Shown here piece by piece: positions 49,250 to 62,648 of a DNA stretch of 64,000 bases. Positions within the stretch are counted from its first letter, which is position 1. Each line of letters starts with the position of its first letter. Below the pieces are notes generated by a model. The model searched no databases. It was given only the letters and a program-made list of their open reading frames with translations, and had not been told where the DNA came from. Both the position numbers and the translations under genes were made by a program. The DNA is from Hypanus sabinus (Eukaryota), in assembly GCF_030144855.1 (NCBI RefSeq), contig NC_082714.1, positions 124,310,001 through 124,374,000 of the forward strand. Reading direction: 5' to 3'.

Positions 49250-52036
49250 TTGTACATTATGTCACTAGGAAGTTGGTTCTCTTTTCATGAAAAAAGGGAA
49301 TATTGTCTCCTCTTTCTCAAGCAGAGACCATTAAGTTAGTAGACACATGAACTTGTGAGGTTTGAAGTCTCAGGCAACGATAGGCTGCCTTTGTTTCGTA
49401 CTAATGTCCTTCTACAGAGCCCAGAGGATAACCAAAACCACAAGAATAATCACTTTATGAACATACAGCTAGCTTGCATTCAACAATGAGAAAAAAAATC
49501 ACCTGGTTGCACTCTACAGAGAAGGCTGTATCTTGGGGGAATTAGATTTTTTCCATCTTTTCCTTGCTTCAGTTTAATGTCCGTAATCTAGCTCACAGTC
49601 TTTATATCAAGTGGCACAGTGACACCAGCACAAACTGCCATCAGGTGCCATCTGCATCTCTCTAGAGACACCTGACAGCACTTGCCAGAGAGGACTGGAC
49701 GATTAGTTGACATCTGGTTCATGCTGTCAAATTCTCTACCATTAGAGAGACAACATTTTGCCTTAGCCTCTCTGGTGGGAGGACAAAAATGGGGAGGAGA
49801 ATTGGTGGAGGTGGTGAAAAAGGTGGTGGAACACTTGTCAGAGCAGGAACTTCTCGGCAGATCAGCTATCTCTGGTTCCCCAGAGATTTTGTTAAGGACC
49901 AACTCTCATACATTCCACATGCAGGCAGTGATGCTGGTTTATTCTCACTGGAATTAAATAGCTAATATCCCATGTCAAAATATTGCAGTCTGACCCACTC
50001 TCTCACAGCAGTAAACAATTCAGTAAACTCTCACCTCTGAATCTGCAAAAATCTTCTATAATACTGATAACAGTATGGTACTGTATAAGCATTTTGCATA
50101 TTCAGAGGTGATAGTAAACAATGCCTACTGCATTGTTTAATGTTGTCCAACTTCCACTGAGGCACAGATGGATCGTGTCAATGATGGAACGATGATGTTC
50201 TCACTTTGTAAAGGATCCTCTCCCTAAAACAGCCAATTACTCCTGATAGCTCTGAGATAATGAAAGTCTCGGTGTTCCGCAGAGCAGGGCTCGCACCTAG
50301 TACTGAAATACTATTCACAAAGTAGCCAGTTTTTGCATCAATGATGCCTGGAAATCTTTAAAGCAGCAGTCTCTTGATTAATATAGCAGAGTTATCACCT
50401 TTGCTGCAGTGCCCTTGATTTGCGATTGGGGTGAAGCGGGAACATCTTATCTGAGTGACCTAGCATGATTACATGGCCAGCTGTATTTTTTAATCTCTAT
50501 ATCACCATTTTGTTTCCATGTGACCAAAGGTGTTTTTCAAAAATGTGAAGGTAGTTGACCCTGAGACAATAAAAGACGGAGGAAATTCAGTTGATTGAAG
50601 GGCAATTGACTGACAATGAGTAATTAGCTCAGTAGGGAATTCTCTCTAATGACTCAGTGATGTATGTAACTTTGTGCTAATAATTGACTTTGGTAAAATT
50701 CCTTTATTCAGTAGACTTGACCTGGTCAGAATCAAGTAGACTTGACCTGCTGCCTGTGGCCTCCGCCTTATTTAGACCTGGTGTGGGGGCTGTCCTCAGC
50801 CGTGAGTAGGTCTCAGATGATGGAATGCTGAGACATCATCCCAGTATGCCAAAGAGCCTTTAACAGGAGACAAAGCTGTCAAAGATTTTCAATAGTTTTT
50901 TGACATTCATAAACTTTTAAACATTATTAAAATAATAATATAAAAGCAGATGTATTTAAAATATTAAAAAATAAAAGCTCCATAAAGTGATATGAAAAAA
51001 TAAATTAAAAATAAAATACATTAAAAATAAATGACAAGTAACCTTTTTCTTCTTATCTGCAGGCTGGGAATCCCTATTCAACTGAAGTGTCTCCAATTTG
51101 ACTTCAGATCTATCTCGTTTAGGATTGGAGTGGCTGAATCCTTAGCATAATAGTGGGAAATCCCAGTACAGCTGGGCTCTGTTGCTACAATACACCTGGA
51201 GTCCAGACAGATCGACCAGTGCCAACATGATTCAGCCCAGTGATACAAGTCAGTGCCAAATATTTGTTGGCACTATTATAAGGAGCGGTGATAATAAAAT
51301 CCTCAACCAACAGGACATCGTCAGATATCCTTGCTGTAGATTTTCCAAATCTAGGGTTATGAGTGCAAACTACATATGCATTATTATGTGTAAAAGGTCA
51401 GAAGATCTACAGTAACTAGTGAGGAAGGGTGCCTTTTCATTAAAACTTTTCTACACCCTGCCGAGGAATCATTTACAGTGCTTTTCTGTGGTTGAGCATG
51501 AACTGGAAGAATAGTGACAAGATGTGCATCCTCTATAATCTGATTGAATATCTTGCACCACCCATCAGATTGCTTTGATAGCCTCTGTACTCTACCTTTC
51601 CATCAGAATGGCTTCAACTCTGCATCTCCGAGCTTACACGTGAATTTCCAAAGAGGTCTCAACAGCAGGTCTAGCCTGAAGAACCCAGTTCTTCCTTGCA
51701 GTATGAAGAATTTACCCCTGAAAAAAATAATAGGGCAGGAAGAAACGTTGTAGGGAATGAGAAAAATATGTGTATCTGGTATAAACAACTGGTAGAATGG
51801 ACAGTGCCTTTTTCACGTTAGAAACTTGAACCAATTACTGAGGGCTGACAAGTGTGTGGCATTAAGCTACTAATGATTACAATTTGTACATTAAGAATTT
51901 AAAAGCAGTGTAGCATCATTAAAATGCCCACTAACTATTTCCTCACTACTGTGTCTGAGCTGCATCCATTTGAGTAGCTGTAGGCTGCTGTGCAGTGGAA
52001 ATTTAATGTTCCTTTTTAACTGTTAGTAAATTTCTA

Positions 52037-52660
52037 GAGTCATAAAGTCACAGAGCAACAGAGGCTCTTTGGCCCAGGGAATCCATGCTAACCATGATAG
52101 TGCCAATGTCCTATGTTTAACCCATATACCTCCTAGCTTCTCCCCTCAAGTCAAGTCACTTTTATTGCCATTTCAACCATAACTGCTGGTACAGTACATA
52201 GTAAAAATGAGACCACGTTTTTTCAGGACCATGGTGTTACATTACAAAAACTAGACTGAACTATGTAAAAAAACAACACAGAAAAAACTACACTAGACTA
52301 CAGACCTACTCAGGACTGCATAAAGTGCACAAAACAGTACAGGCATTACAATAAATAATAAACAGGACAATAGGGCACTAAGGTGTCAGTCCAGACTCTG
52401 GGTATTGAGGAGTCTAATAGCTTGGGGGAAGAAACTGTTACATAGTCTGGTTGTGAGAGCCCGACCACTTATCCCGACTACTCCATATACTTATCTAAGT
52501 GTTTCGTCAATGATACAATTGTAATAAACACTTCCTCTATCAGCTTCTCCCATATACTCACCACTCACAGGTCTGTTTTAAACCTTCTCCCTCTCACCCC
52601 GAATTAATGCCCCTCACTTTAAACTGCCCTACCCTCATTTACTTATCTATACCCTCATAA
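52037..52660 (-). mobile_element. CR1 3' end interrupted by a Rex1-type 3' UTR (52147-52465)
   Basis: CR1 tail AGAGTCATAAAGTCA..GGCTCTTTGGCCCA. The insert begins CAAGTCAAGTCACTTTTATT and contains GCTTGGGGGAAGAAACTG (SFFPQA on the minus strand). Confidence 0.7.
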
Positions 52661-52679
52661 TTTTTTTTATTCCGATCAC

Positions 52680-53240
52680 TTGGCATATAAACAGAGGCTA
52701 AAGAGCAAGGCTCCAGAGATTAGGATGACAAAGAAGTGATCATGGGAGGAAGAGGAGCAGCTACGGGATTGCTTCAAATTGGTGGACTGGGCCGAGTTCA
52801 AAGACTTGTCTGTGGATCGGAATGAACACAAAATGGTTGTCATGAATTTTATTAAAACAGTTGTAGATGAATTTGTCCACACAAAATCGTTCAGTATTCC
52901 CCAAACAGAAGCCCTGGATGAACCATGGGGTCTGCAATCTTCAAGCGGCATTCAGGAGGCAAACCCATTAAAGCCATCTGATCCACATTGGGGACCTGGC
53001 TAAGTCTCAATGACCTTTGCTAATCTTTAACTATTCACTTTGGCAGCCTGAGGTACCCACCTGCTTCAAGCAGACTTCACTTATACCTAAGAAGAACATG
53101 GAGATCTGCCTCAGTGACTGTTGTCAAATAGCACTTAGATCCACAGTGATAAAGTCTTTTGAGAGGTTGATGATGAAACATATCAATTCCTGCATGAAAA
53201 ATGACTTGGATCCGCTCCGATTTGACTACTGGAGCAACAG
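52680..53240 (+). mobile_element. Rex1/Babar internal fragment
   Basis: VPTCFKQTSLIPKK..ALRSTVIKSFERLMMKHINS..LDPLRFDY. Confidence 0.8.
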
Positions 53241-53249
53241 TTTGGGTCA

Positions 53250-53865
53250 ACTAAAGTATCTGATGCTCCTGATATGGTTTCCTCTCCATTGGTGAGATCC
53301 AGTGTGGATTGGGGGACTTCTTAGTCAAACACCTTTGCTCCATCTGAAAAGAGCAGGATTCCCTGGTGGCATTTTGACACCAATCCCCATTCCCATTCTT
53401 CTATTCCTTCGATGTGGCCACTCTCAAGTTGATGACATTAACATTGATTAATCCATCTTCCACTAACTTTTACCTCTCTCCCTTCCCTCTTCTTCAAATG
53501 CCCATTTTGGCCCCCTATTACCTTTTCTCTTCACTACCTATCCCTGGTGCTTTTCCTCCTTTCCTTTTCCCCTTTGACTCCTCTCCTCTCCTATCAGATT
53601 CTTCCTTCTCCAGCCCTTTACCTTTTCTGACTATTGCCTCCAAGCTTCTTATTTCATCCACTTCATCCATCCAAATGGCGTTATCTATCACCTTCTAGCC
53701 TGAAATCCTTCCCTTCTCCACACCATCCCATTCTGGCTTCTTTCCCCTTCCTTTCTGGTCCTGAAGAAGGGTCTCAGCCTGAAACACTGACTGTTTAATC
53801 ATTTCCACAGATGATGCCTGACCTGCAGAGTTCCTCCAGCTTTTTGTGTGTGTTGCTCAAGAATC
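53250..53865 (+). mobile_element. Neptune-type Penelope 3' end with hammerhead-like motif
   Basis: GIY-YIG-end remnants (CTCTCCATTGGTGAGA..TTGGGGACTTCTTAGTCAAACACCT), a pyrimidine-rich UTR, then GGTC CTGAAGA AGGGTCTCAGCCT GAAA CACT GACTG. Confidence 0.8.
53756..53793 (+). ncRNA. Degenerate minimal type-I hammerhead ribozyme motif
   Basis: Stem I TGGTC/GACTG, core CTGAAGA (53761-67), short stem II, and GAAA (53781-84). The stem III/cleavage triplet reads ACACT instead of ACGTC, so it is probably inactive. Confidence 0.6.
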
Positions 53866-54463
53866 TGAAGGAACTATTCTGAACGAACTTGATAACTGGT
53901 ACCTGGAGCAGGAGGCAGATAGTAATCATCATTATGATTATAGTTTAAAAAATGGTTTTAACAGGAGAATAACAATAGTAGTGAGTCAAGATAAATATGA
54001 TACTTAAGAAGGGAAATATTTTAGGAATAAATAACAGAAGCTTTCCAAGAGCCAGCAGGCAATCTATACTGATAGACAATACTGATCTGCATGTAAAATG
54101 CTGATGTGAAATATTCACCTATGGCAGAAAAAAGGATAAATTACTTCATTTGCATAAGTTGAATGATCATTGAATCCAAGTCCAAGTTCCTTGGCTTTTG
54201 AAACAGCCTGTTGCATAGAACACCAGTGTCAGTTTAGGCTATGGGCTCGAAGAATTCCAATACTTCTTAAATCTTAAAGTGTCAGATGCTATTGAGTTAG
54301 TCATACATAGTCTTGCCTTTGATCACTGCAGATCCTATAAAGGAAATGGAGTAAAGTTGGCTGCAGTCCATTCTGTGCTGAAGTTTGGAGTGGCCTGGGG
54401 GTAATGGAGAGGGTAGACATTGGAAGGGGGTTTAAGGCAAGGACTGTCTAGAGCTTATCAACA

Positions 54464-55280
54464 ACATATGACCATAAGACATAGCAGCAGAGTTAGGCCA
54501 TCTGCCCATCAAGTTTGCTCGGCCATTCAATCATAGCTGATCCTTTTATTTTCTCCTTCTCAACCCCAGTTCCTGGCCTTCTCCCCGTAACCTTTGATGC
54601 CATGTCCAATCAAGAAACTATCAATCTCTGCCTTAAATACACCCAACAACCTGGCCTCCACAGCTGCATGTGGCAACAAATTCCACAAATTCACCACCCT
54701 TAGACTGAAGAAATTTCTCAGCATCTCTGTTTTGAAAGGGCGCCCCACTGTCCTGAGACTGTGCCCTCTTGTCCAAGACTCTCCCACCATGCGAAACATC
54801 CTTTCCACATCTACTCTGTCTAGGCCTTTCAACATTCAAAAGGTTTCAATGAGATCCCCCCTCATCCTTCTGAATTCCAGTGAGTACAGACCCAGAGCCA
54901 TCAAATATTCCTCTCCAATGCCAACACATCTTTTCCAAGATGAGTGGCCCAAAACTGCTCACACTACTCAAGGTGAGGTTTCACCAGTGCTTTATAAAAC
55001 CTCAGCTTCACATCCCTGCTCTTGTGTTCTAGATCTCTTGAAATGAGTACTAAAATTACATTTACCTTTCTCGCCACTGACTCAACCTGCAAGTCTACCT
55101 TTAGGGTGTTCTGCACATGGACTCCCAAGTCCCTTTGCATCTCAGATTTTTGGATTTTCTCCCCATTTAGAAAATAGTCCACACATTTATTTCTACTGCC
55201 AAAGTGCATGGCCATGCATTTTCCAACATTATTTTTCATTTGCCACTTTCTTGCCCATTTTCCTACTTATCTGTCACAGA
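54464..55280 (-). mobile_element. CR1 3' fragment
   Basis: LKGLDRVDVERMF..TRGHSL..FFSLRVVNLWNLLP and RDLGVHVQNTLKV. Tail at 54464-54490. Confidence 0.9.
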
Positions 55281-56534
55281 CTGCCTCCTGGTTCCTTGTC
55301 CCCACTGAATGTAAGCAGGGACACACTGACTTGCAGATGTGCTCCAATTTTCTTCGGTACCATTTTGCTGAGTAGCTTATCTCTAAACAAATTCAAAACG
55401 TTTCTGTTGTTCTTTCCTCGGATGCCGGGGTGAATTTTCCAAACCAGTGTAATGCAGCACAGATGGATAATACTTAAGTTTGTCCCTTGCAGTTGGAAGA
55501 GATTTATGGACCATCTTCTAGCCTGAAAATTTGATGGAATTCTAAGGAGAATTTACACACAAGTGCTTGGGAAGAAAGACCTCTGAACTCCAGATTCTTG
55601 AGAGAGTGATGTAGATGGGAAGTAGAATATATTCCCCTGGTCTATTAACCACAGAGCATAGATTAAAATTCACCCAAAAGAAAGAAAAAGCATTTTCCAG
55701 TTAAACAATTTAATGTAGCTCATGAGTATAATAAAGGAAATTCTGGCAGCTAGCTTCAGCATATAATTAGAGGACTAATGATAGGCTTACTGTAGAAGTA
55801 AATCCTGAGTGTGCAATAATATTCCAAGTTGATGGCTTCAATCATATTGCAAACTGCATCATTTCTGTAACCTTCAAGGTAACAATAAAGCCCTTGACTC
55901 TGCTCAGTGTTTCCATAACATTCTGTAATATTCACAAGAGCTTGCATGTCCAATGTGTGTGCATTGATACCTTTTAACATTTTTAATGCTTGGTAGTTAT
56001 AGGCTTGGAGTCTAATCATAAAATTAGTGCAAATTTCAACAGTGTTTTTGATAAAAGCAAGGGCGCTGGTTTCTTGGTTGCTGTGAATGTGGCGTGTGAA
56101 AATATGGTGGGAAAGCTGGTTTTCACAGGAAGAGCAGTGCTGCCTACTAAGTGGCAGCAGCTGGTCTCATTGATGTGCTGCTGTACATAAAAGAGAAGCA
56201 TGTTTAAAAAATGTTTGTGACATTAAAATTGTTCTCTCTCCCTGTTTTATGAACATAACGTAGCAGTACTTTACAATTTTGGCTAATTATGAATGAAGAC
56301 TAATCAGTGGCTCAGAATGAATTACAAGCATCGCCAGTAACAAAGGGCTCAGCCTTTGTCCTCAGGAGAAGGGCCTCCATGGCTGATGTCGTCTGGATTT
56401 TTGGTTACGTTGCACTTCCTTCTGAATCATTCGATGAGCGTAACTCTGGCAGCTTTAGATAATTTTGGGATCAAGTGTAGATCAATCATTTTTGTTAAAC
56501 ATTCTTAAATATACAGTGGAGGCTGTCTGCAAAA

Positions 56535-56630
56535 AGAAAATCTGCTGTAGGAACTCAACAGGTCAGGCAGTACCTGTGGAGGGAAATGGACAGCTAACAT
56601 TTCAGGTCATGACCCTTCATCTGGACTGGA
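56535..56630 (-). mobile_element. Penelope terminal fragment with hammerhead-like motif
   Basis: The minus strand reads CAGTC CAGATGA AGGGTCATGACCT GAAA TGTT AGCTG, followed by the shared terminal sequence. Confidence 0.7.
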
Positions 56631-57925
56631 CTTCTATGTTGCTTGAGTACTCATTGTAGAGTTAAGCCAGGTTAAAGAGAGGGACAGAAATATGGAAAGA
56701 CTCAATGATTTTCTTTAGAGATTGGAAAGAACTTTAGAAAATTCTCTTCAGAGCTGTACTTAAATAGACAAAATTAATAGTTTGCTAGCTAATGTTTGCC
56801 TTTCTAGAAGAGCATGGCTTTGAGTACTTTGTTGTATTTGTATGAGGGCAGGGAAAAGTGTAATGAATTTTGGGATATAGCCTTATAATTGCATCTCATA
56901 ATTGCATATTTTAAGAGAACCACATTGTCTTTTCTGCCTTGTGTGCATTTTCTAAGAGGTTAGCTGCTGATCTGCTCCTGTAAACAAAGCAACTGTTGCC
57001 GTGTCATTGCTTGTCAGAACTTGAGACTAAGGCACTTGTTGGGATTGAGTGGCCTTTTTCTTGGGCAGACCTTTGGGATAAAGGATGAGTCATCTCTGTT
57101 CCAGTTTTTGTGGGGAAATTGGCTAATTAAATATCACTCACACTCCCTCCACTGTTGCAAAAAGAAAGCAGAATCTTTTTTTTGATTGAGTCTTTTGAAG
57201 TAGAAGAGAAGATAGTCTAGGAAGTCTAGGAAGAATTCTGGAGTCAGGCACCAGTTAGGACAAATCATTGGTTCAATTAAGGAATGAAGGATAAAGAGAG
57301 GAAGCAATCATCAAAACTCAGATAAAGTAAAATCTAATCTAATAAAATCTAGAACCTGGAATGTAAACTTCGTTTCTTTTTCCATGGACTCAGCCTGATC
57401 TCCTGATGTCTAGTAATTTTTGTTTTTATTAAGTGAAGGGAATATAGCTGATTGAAGAATTTTAGACCGAGAGGGCTGATTTTAATTTATTAGCACATAG
57501 GGACCACATGGAATTGAAGAAGTGTTGGTGACATATGAGAAATGAACATGAGATAATGCTATACAGGTTGTACAAGCATAAAACTTATGTCCAAGACCCA
57601 GGTGCATCATCTGCTAAAAGGATCGATGCTAGATGTAATCTTGGAAGGTTGTCTAATACCTTTATATATTTTCCTGCCTGTAACTGGGATATATTGAATA
57701 CAAATGATCAACAACAGCTGAATAAAAATGACAGACTATATGATTTTAAAATAGAAGTCTAAACTTATTTGCATGCATAGATTTGCACAGTTATTTTCGT
57801 TTAAGTCCACTTCGCAAAAGAAAAGCATCTGAGGGAAAGTTGCAGAAGATCTAAAACTAGCAGCAATGAGCACCCGTTTGGCATTGTTTCGCGAACTTCC
57901 CTTCTGATCTCTCATTCTGTTAACA

Positions 57926-58300
57926 CGCTCAATGGCTACTTTATTTGGTACTCCTGTACACTTCCTCACTAATGAAAATATCTAACCAATCATGTGGCAG
58001 CAACTCAATGCATAAGAGCATGCAGACATGGTCAAAAGGTTCAGACCAAACATTAAAATGGGGAAGAAATGCAATCTAAGTGACTTTGACAATGACCGTA
58101 AACACTAGATAGGGTGGTCTGAATAACTCACAGACTGGATTTTCACTCACAATGGTCACCAGAGTTTACAGAGTTTGGTGCAAAAAATAAAATATATCCA
58201 GTGAGCAAAGATGCCTTATGAATGAGAGAGGTCAGAAGAGAATGCCCAGACCTGTTCAAGCTGAAAGGAAGGAAACAGTAACTCAAATAACTGTCACTCA
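57926..58300 (+). mobile_element. Tc1-family transposon 5' fragment (second family, short-TIR type)
   Basis: TIR-like CGCTCAATGGCTACTTTATTTGGTAC. Transposase start MGKKCNLSDFD at 58058, plus GFSLTMVTRVYR and NERGQKRM remnants. Truncated by a Penelope element. Confidence 0.7.
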
Positions 58301-60330
58301 AAGGTGGACAAGCTAGAAGGTGATAGGTGAAGCCACATGGGTGGGGTTGGGGGGGATAGCGTAAGAAGCTTGATGGTGATAGGTGCAAAAGGCAAAGATA
58401 AGAGAGGAGAGTGGAGCATGAGAAAGGGACAAGGAGGGACACCAGGTGTAGGTGATAGGCAGCTGACGAGAAGAGGTAAGAGGACAGAGTGAGGAATTGA
58501 AGAAGAGGGAAAGGGGAGGTGAAAAATTGCCGGAAGCAGGAGAAAACAATGTTCATGCCATTAGATTGGAGGCTGCCCAGATGAACTATGAGGCGCCGCT
58601 CCTCCAATCTGAGAGTGGCCTCATTGTAGCAGAAGAGGAGGTCATTGAACAACATGACAGAACAGGAAGAGGTATAGAAATAAAAATGTTTGACTACTGG
58701 GAAATTCTGCTTCTTGAGGAATGGAGTGAAGGTGCCCAACAAAGTGGTCTCCTATCTACATCAGGTCTCATCAATGTAGAGGAAGCCACATCAGGGTTAC
58801 TGGATACACCAGGTGACCCCAACAAATTCATAGGTGAAGTAATACCTCACCTGGAAGGATGGTTGAGGGTCCTGAATGTACTTGAGGGATGAGGTAAATG
58901 AGCAGGTGTAGCATGTTGGCTTCTTGCAGCTTTAAATTCCACGAGGGAGATTGGTGGGGTGGAATAAATGGACAAGGGAGGCACGGAAGGAGTGATCTCT
59001 GCAGCAAGTGAAGAGAGGGATAAAGATATGTTTGGAGGTAGGGTCCCATTGAAGATGGCAGAAATTGTGGAGAATGATGTGTTGGAGGAAGAGGCCCTTT
59101 CGGTGGTAGGTGATGACAAGAAGAACTCTATCCCTGTTAAAGCAGTTGGAAGATGGGGTGAAAATGGATGTCTGGGATACAGAGGAGATGTGGGTGAGGG
59201 CAGCATCAATGGTGGAGGAAGGGAAACCCCATTCTTTGATGAAGGAGGACACCTCTGATATTCTGATAGGAAAGCCTCATCCTGGGAACAGATACTGTTG
59301 AGGCGAAGGAACTGAGAAAAAGGAATGGCATTTTTACAGGAGACAGGGTGGGAAGAGGTGAAGGCAGCCATGCAAATTGGTAAGTTTATAAAAGATGCTG
59401 AAAGTCAGTTTGTCTCCAGAGATGGAGACAGAGAGATTGAGAAAAAGGGGAAATGGATGTCAGAAATGGACAAAGTTAATTTAAGGGCAGAGTGGCAGAT
59501 GGAGGCAAAGTTGATGAAACTGATGACCTCAGCATGTGTGCATGAAGCAGCAGAAATGCAATCATCAAGGTAGTGCAGAAATAGTTGGGAAGCATTATCA
59601 GCGAAGGCTAGGAACGTGGACTGTTCCACGTAGCCACTGAAAAGGCAGGCATAGCTGAGCTCCGCATGAGTGGCCCATGGCTACATCTTGAGTTTTGAGA
59701 AAGTGGGTGGAGCCAATAAAGAAATTGCTGAGGGTGAGGACAAATTTCACCAGATGGTAAAGGGAACTGGTCAGGTCAGTTGTCGAGAAAGAAGCAGACA
59801 GCTTTAAGGTCTTCTTGATGGGGGATGGAAGTGTATAGGGAGTGGACATCCAGGGTGAAAATGAGGCAATCATGGCCAGGGAATTGAAAGTTGTTGAGGA
59901 GACCAAGAGTATGTGAAGTGACATGGATGTAGATGGGAAGGAATTGAATCAAGGGGGATAAAATGGAGTCATGGTATGTGGACATGAGTTCAGTGGGGCA
60001 GGAGCAGGCAGAAACAATTGCTTTATCTGGACAGTCAGGTTTCTGTGGCTTGGGTAGGAGGTAGAAACGTGCAGTGTGGAGTAAAGGGAAATATGAAGTT
60101 GGTGGCAGTGGATGAGAAATCTTCAGAGTTGATGCGGTGTAGGAGACAATGGCCTGATTGTCCCAAATGGGTCCCTTTTTATGGGGTAAGTAAGACTAGG
60201 CGGCTGAGAGTGGTTGTCTGGCCTCAGCAAGTAGATGAGCGTTCACTGCTCTACAACAGCACCCCTTTCTCTGTGGGTTTGAGTGTGAGCTTGGGATTGG
60301 TGTGGACAACTAAGGCATTCTTTCACTTAC
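58301..60330 (-). mobile_element. Neptune-type Penelope-like element: RT plus GIY-YIG, decayed
   Basis: FTLDVHSLYTSIPH, QDVAMG, LFLHYLDDC, TSSHPVSCKNAIPFSQFLRL, and a GVTWCI..CGFLYIDET GIY-YIG remnant at ~58730-58860. Confidence 0.92.
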
Positions 60331-60632
60331 GTAGAGAAGAACACAGCACATCTTGCATAGCTATCAAAGGGAAGGTGAAGTTCAGGTCATGGTTTTCTAC
60401 ATTAAACAATGAAAGTCTTTGATACCTATGACTTAATCAGAAATATCTCAGCATAGGTTAAAGCCCTGCAGTTAAGGTCTGCCAGCCAGTTCTGTATCAA
60501 ATCCCCTGAATACCTGCTACTCTGGGTTGTCTCGGAGCTGCCAGATTTTTCAATGTTCCAGAAGTCTAAAACCTGGGAATTCTGATGTCATCATTCACAA
60601 TTCCCATTTACAATCTTTATTATCGTACCTAT

Positions 60633-60810
60633 AGCAACACACAATCTGCTGGAGGAATTCAGTGGATCGAGCTGCACCTGCAGGAGGATTGGGAATGTCA
60701 ACGTTTTAGGTCAAAATGATGACAATTTCTTTCCTTCCACAGATGCTGCTTGACCCAGTAAGTTCCTCCAGCAGATTCTTTGTTGCTTCAGATTCTAGCA
60801 TCTGCAGTCC
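60633..60810. mobile_element. Palindromic Penelope-terminus-derived mini-element
   Basis: Inverted arms at 60633-60688 and 60732-60787, 44/56 identical by hand alignment. Confidence 0.8.
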
Positions 60811-61739
60811 CTTGTGACCCCATTGTACCTTTTTCTTCATGTCCTCTCATTCCTTCTAATTTCTTTTATTTTAGCTTGCCATACATTGTATTTCTCACGG
60901 ACCTTGAAATGGCTTCCTTCATACATGCATTTGTGTTTATTGTCATCCAACTGTTCCTTTTAAAATCACAATCTGTGCTATATCCAAGTAGTGCCAAGTG
61001 CTTCTGTGCTGAAGGTATGTTTGTAACGATACACAAATCTCTGTATTGCCGTTGGTGTCATGCAGTACTGGTGATTTTGTCAATTTAGTATTTACCCCCA
61101 CTATTCTTGATAGCATATTTTTATGGATGCCATTCTTATAGCCCTTCAGTTAGGTTTCTCAACTAAAAGGCAACACTCCTTGAACATATCTACAACAGCT
61201 TCTGATCCTAGAACCAGCAATTGCAAAAAAGAAATCTTCTGAAAACTTTATTATCAATTTGACTTATGTATATCATTAAATATTAACATGTTAAGGATCT
61301 GAGCCTACAGTAACATTGAACTCCAAGAACAAGGCCCGACTTTTGCTAGTGACATGATATGCAGCAGATGCTGAGATCTTGAGCAAGAAACAAACTTCTT
61401 GAGGAGCAAAGATCTAATTCGATAAGTTGGAACTGACTATCAATAGAAAAGCTAAATTAGAGAGAATCCAAGAATATGAAGGAGATTTTTCTATCATCTG
61501 AATTTGTAAATAAATCCATGGTATTTCATAATACGCTAAATAACATTCAAAATACAATAGCCAAGATGCACTGGAAGGTAAATCATCAGATCTGTATGAA
61601 TATGTCACAGTCATCACCAACTTGATAAAGTTGATAAACCTGCATGGATGAGTGTGTGTTTTCAACAACGTATTGAATATACCCAAACCAGAAGCTTTGG
61701 ATGAACCAAGAGATTTACAATCTGCTGAGGGCTAAATCT

Positions 61740-62648
61740 GTTACATTCAAAACCTGTGATCGAGAACCCTACAAAAATACTAGATAAAACCCAGGGAAGG
61801 TCATTGTGAAAACAAAAAGGCATCCTGTATTAAGTTAGAGATACAATTGGATGCACAACAGGTGTGGCAGGAATTGTGTGTCCCTATAAAGCAGAACCTG
61901 ACAACATAAATGCATCACTCCCTGATGAGCTCAACACATTTTCTGCATGATTTGAAAGTGAGAATAAAATTACACCTGGCAAATTCTCACAGCTTCTGCC
62001 AACTCTATGATCTTTGTCTTGGAGGTCAACATCAGAACATCCTTATAGAAATTGAACCCACACAAGGTGTCGTCCCAATGGTACACCTGGCAGGAAAGCC
62101 TGTTCTGATCAAGGTGTTCAAGGTGCAGGACTGTACAATCTTTCACTGTTGCAGTTAGAGTATCCTGCCTGCTTCAAAAGGACATCAGTTATATTGGTTC
62201 TCAATGACAATCTACCTCAATGACTATCGCTTGATAGCACTCAAACCCACTGTGCTTTGAGAGGTTGGTTATAGCTAGGATTAAATCCAGCCTGTGCAAG
62301 GACTTGGACCTGCTGTAATTGCCTATTGCCACAACAGGTATGTAGCAGATGCACCCTCACTGTCTCTCCACTTGCTCTGGAACATCTGAACAGCATGAAT
62401 ACCAATGTCAAGCTGCTGTTTATCAACTACAGATCAGTGTTTAGTATCATCATCCATCAGAACTAATCAATAAGCTTGAAATTCTGGGGCTCTGTACTTC
62501 TGCAATTGGATTCTTAACTCTCTCATTGGGAGATCACAGACAGTGCAGATCAGTAATAACAATTCCTCCTCAACAGCAAATTAACACACGCACAGTTCAA
62601 GGATGCATGCTTATCTCACCACTTTACTCTGTCTATGCTAATGACTAT
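61740..62648 (+). mobile_element. Older Rex1/Babar fragment
   Basis: GCTTCAAAAGGACATC..AATGACTATCGC..TGCTTTGAGAGGTTGGT..GACTTGGACC..CTGCTGTTTATCAACTACAG; heavily frameshifted. Confidence 0.8.

Noticed and set aside
49588-49957. Overlapping ORFs, and a weak Harbinger-transposase-like LHLSRDT*QHL
   Set aside because: The downstream conserved motifs are absent, and the candidate minus-strand exon has stops in all frames from its acceptor.
51035-51160. Strong plus-strand splice acceptor (CTTTTTCTTCTTATCTGCAG)
   Set aside because: The frames checked after it close quickly with no good donor, and it follows low-complexity AT-rich sequence.
58143-58742. 199-aa minus-strand ORF
   Set aside because: It is the Penelope C-terminus running into its pyrimidine-rich UTR and antisense Tc1, i.e. 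a low-complexity open frame.
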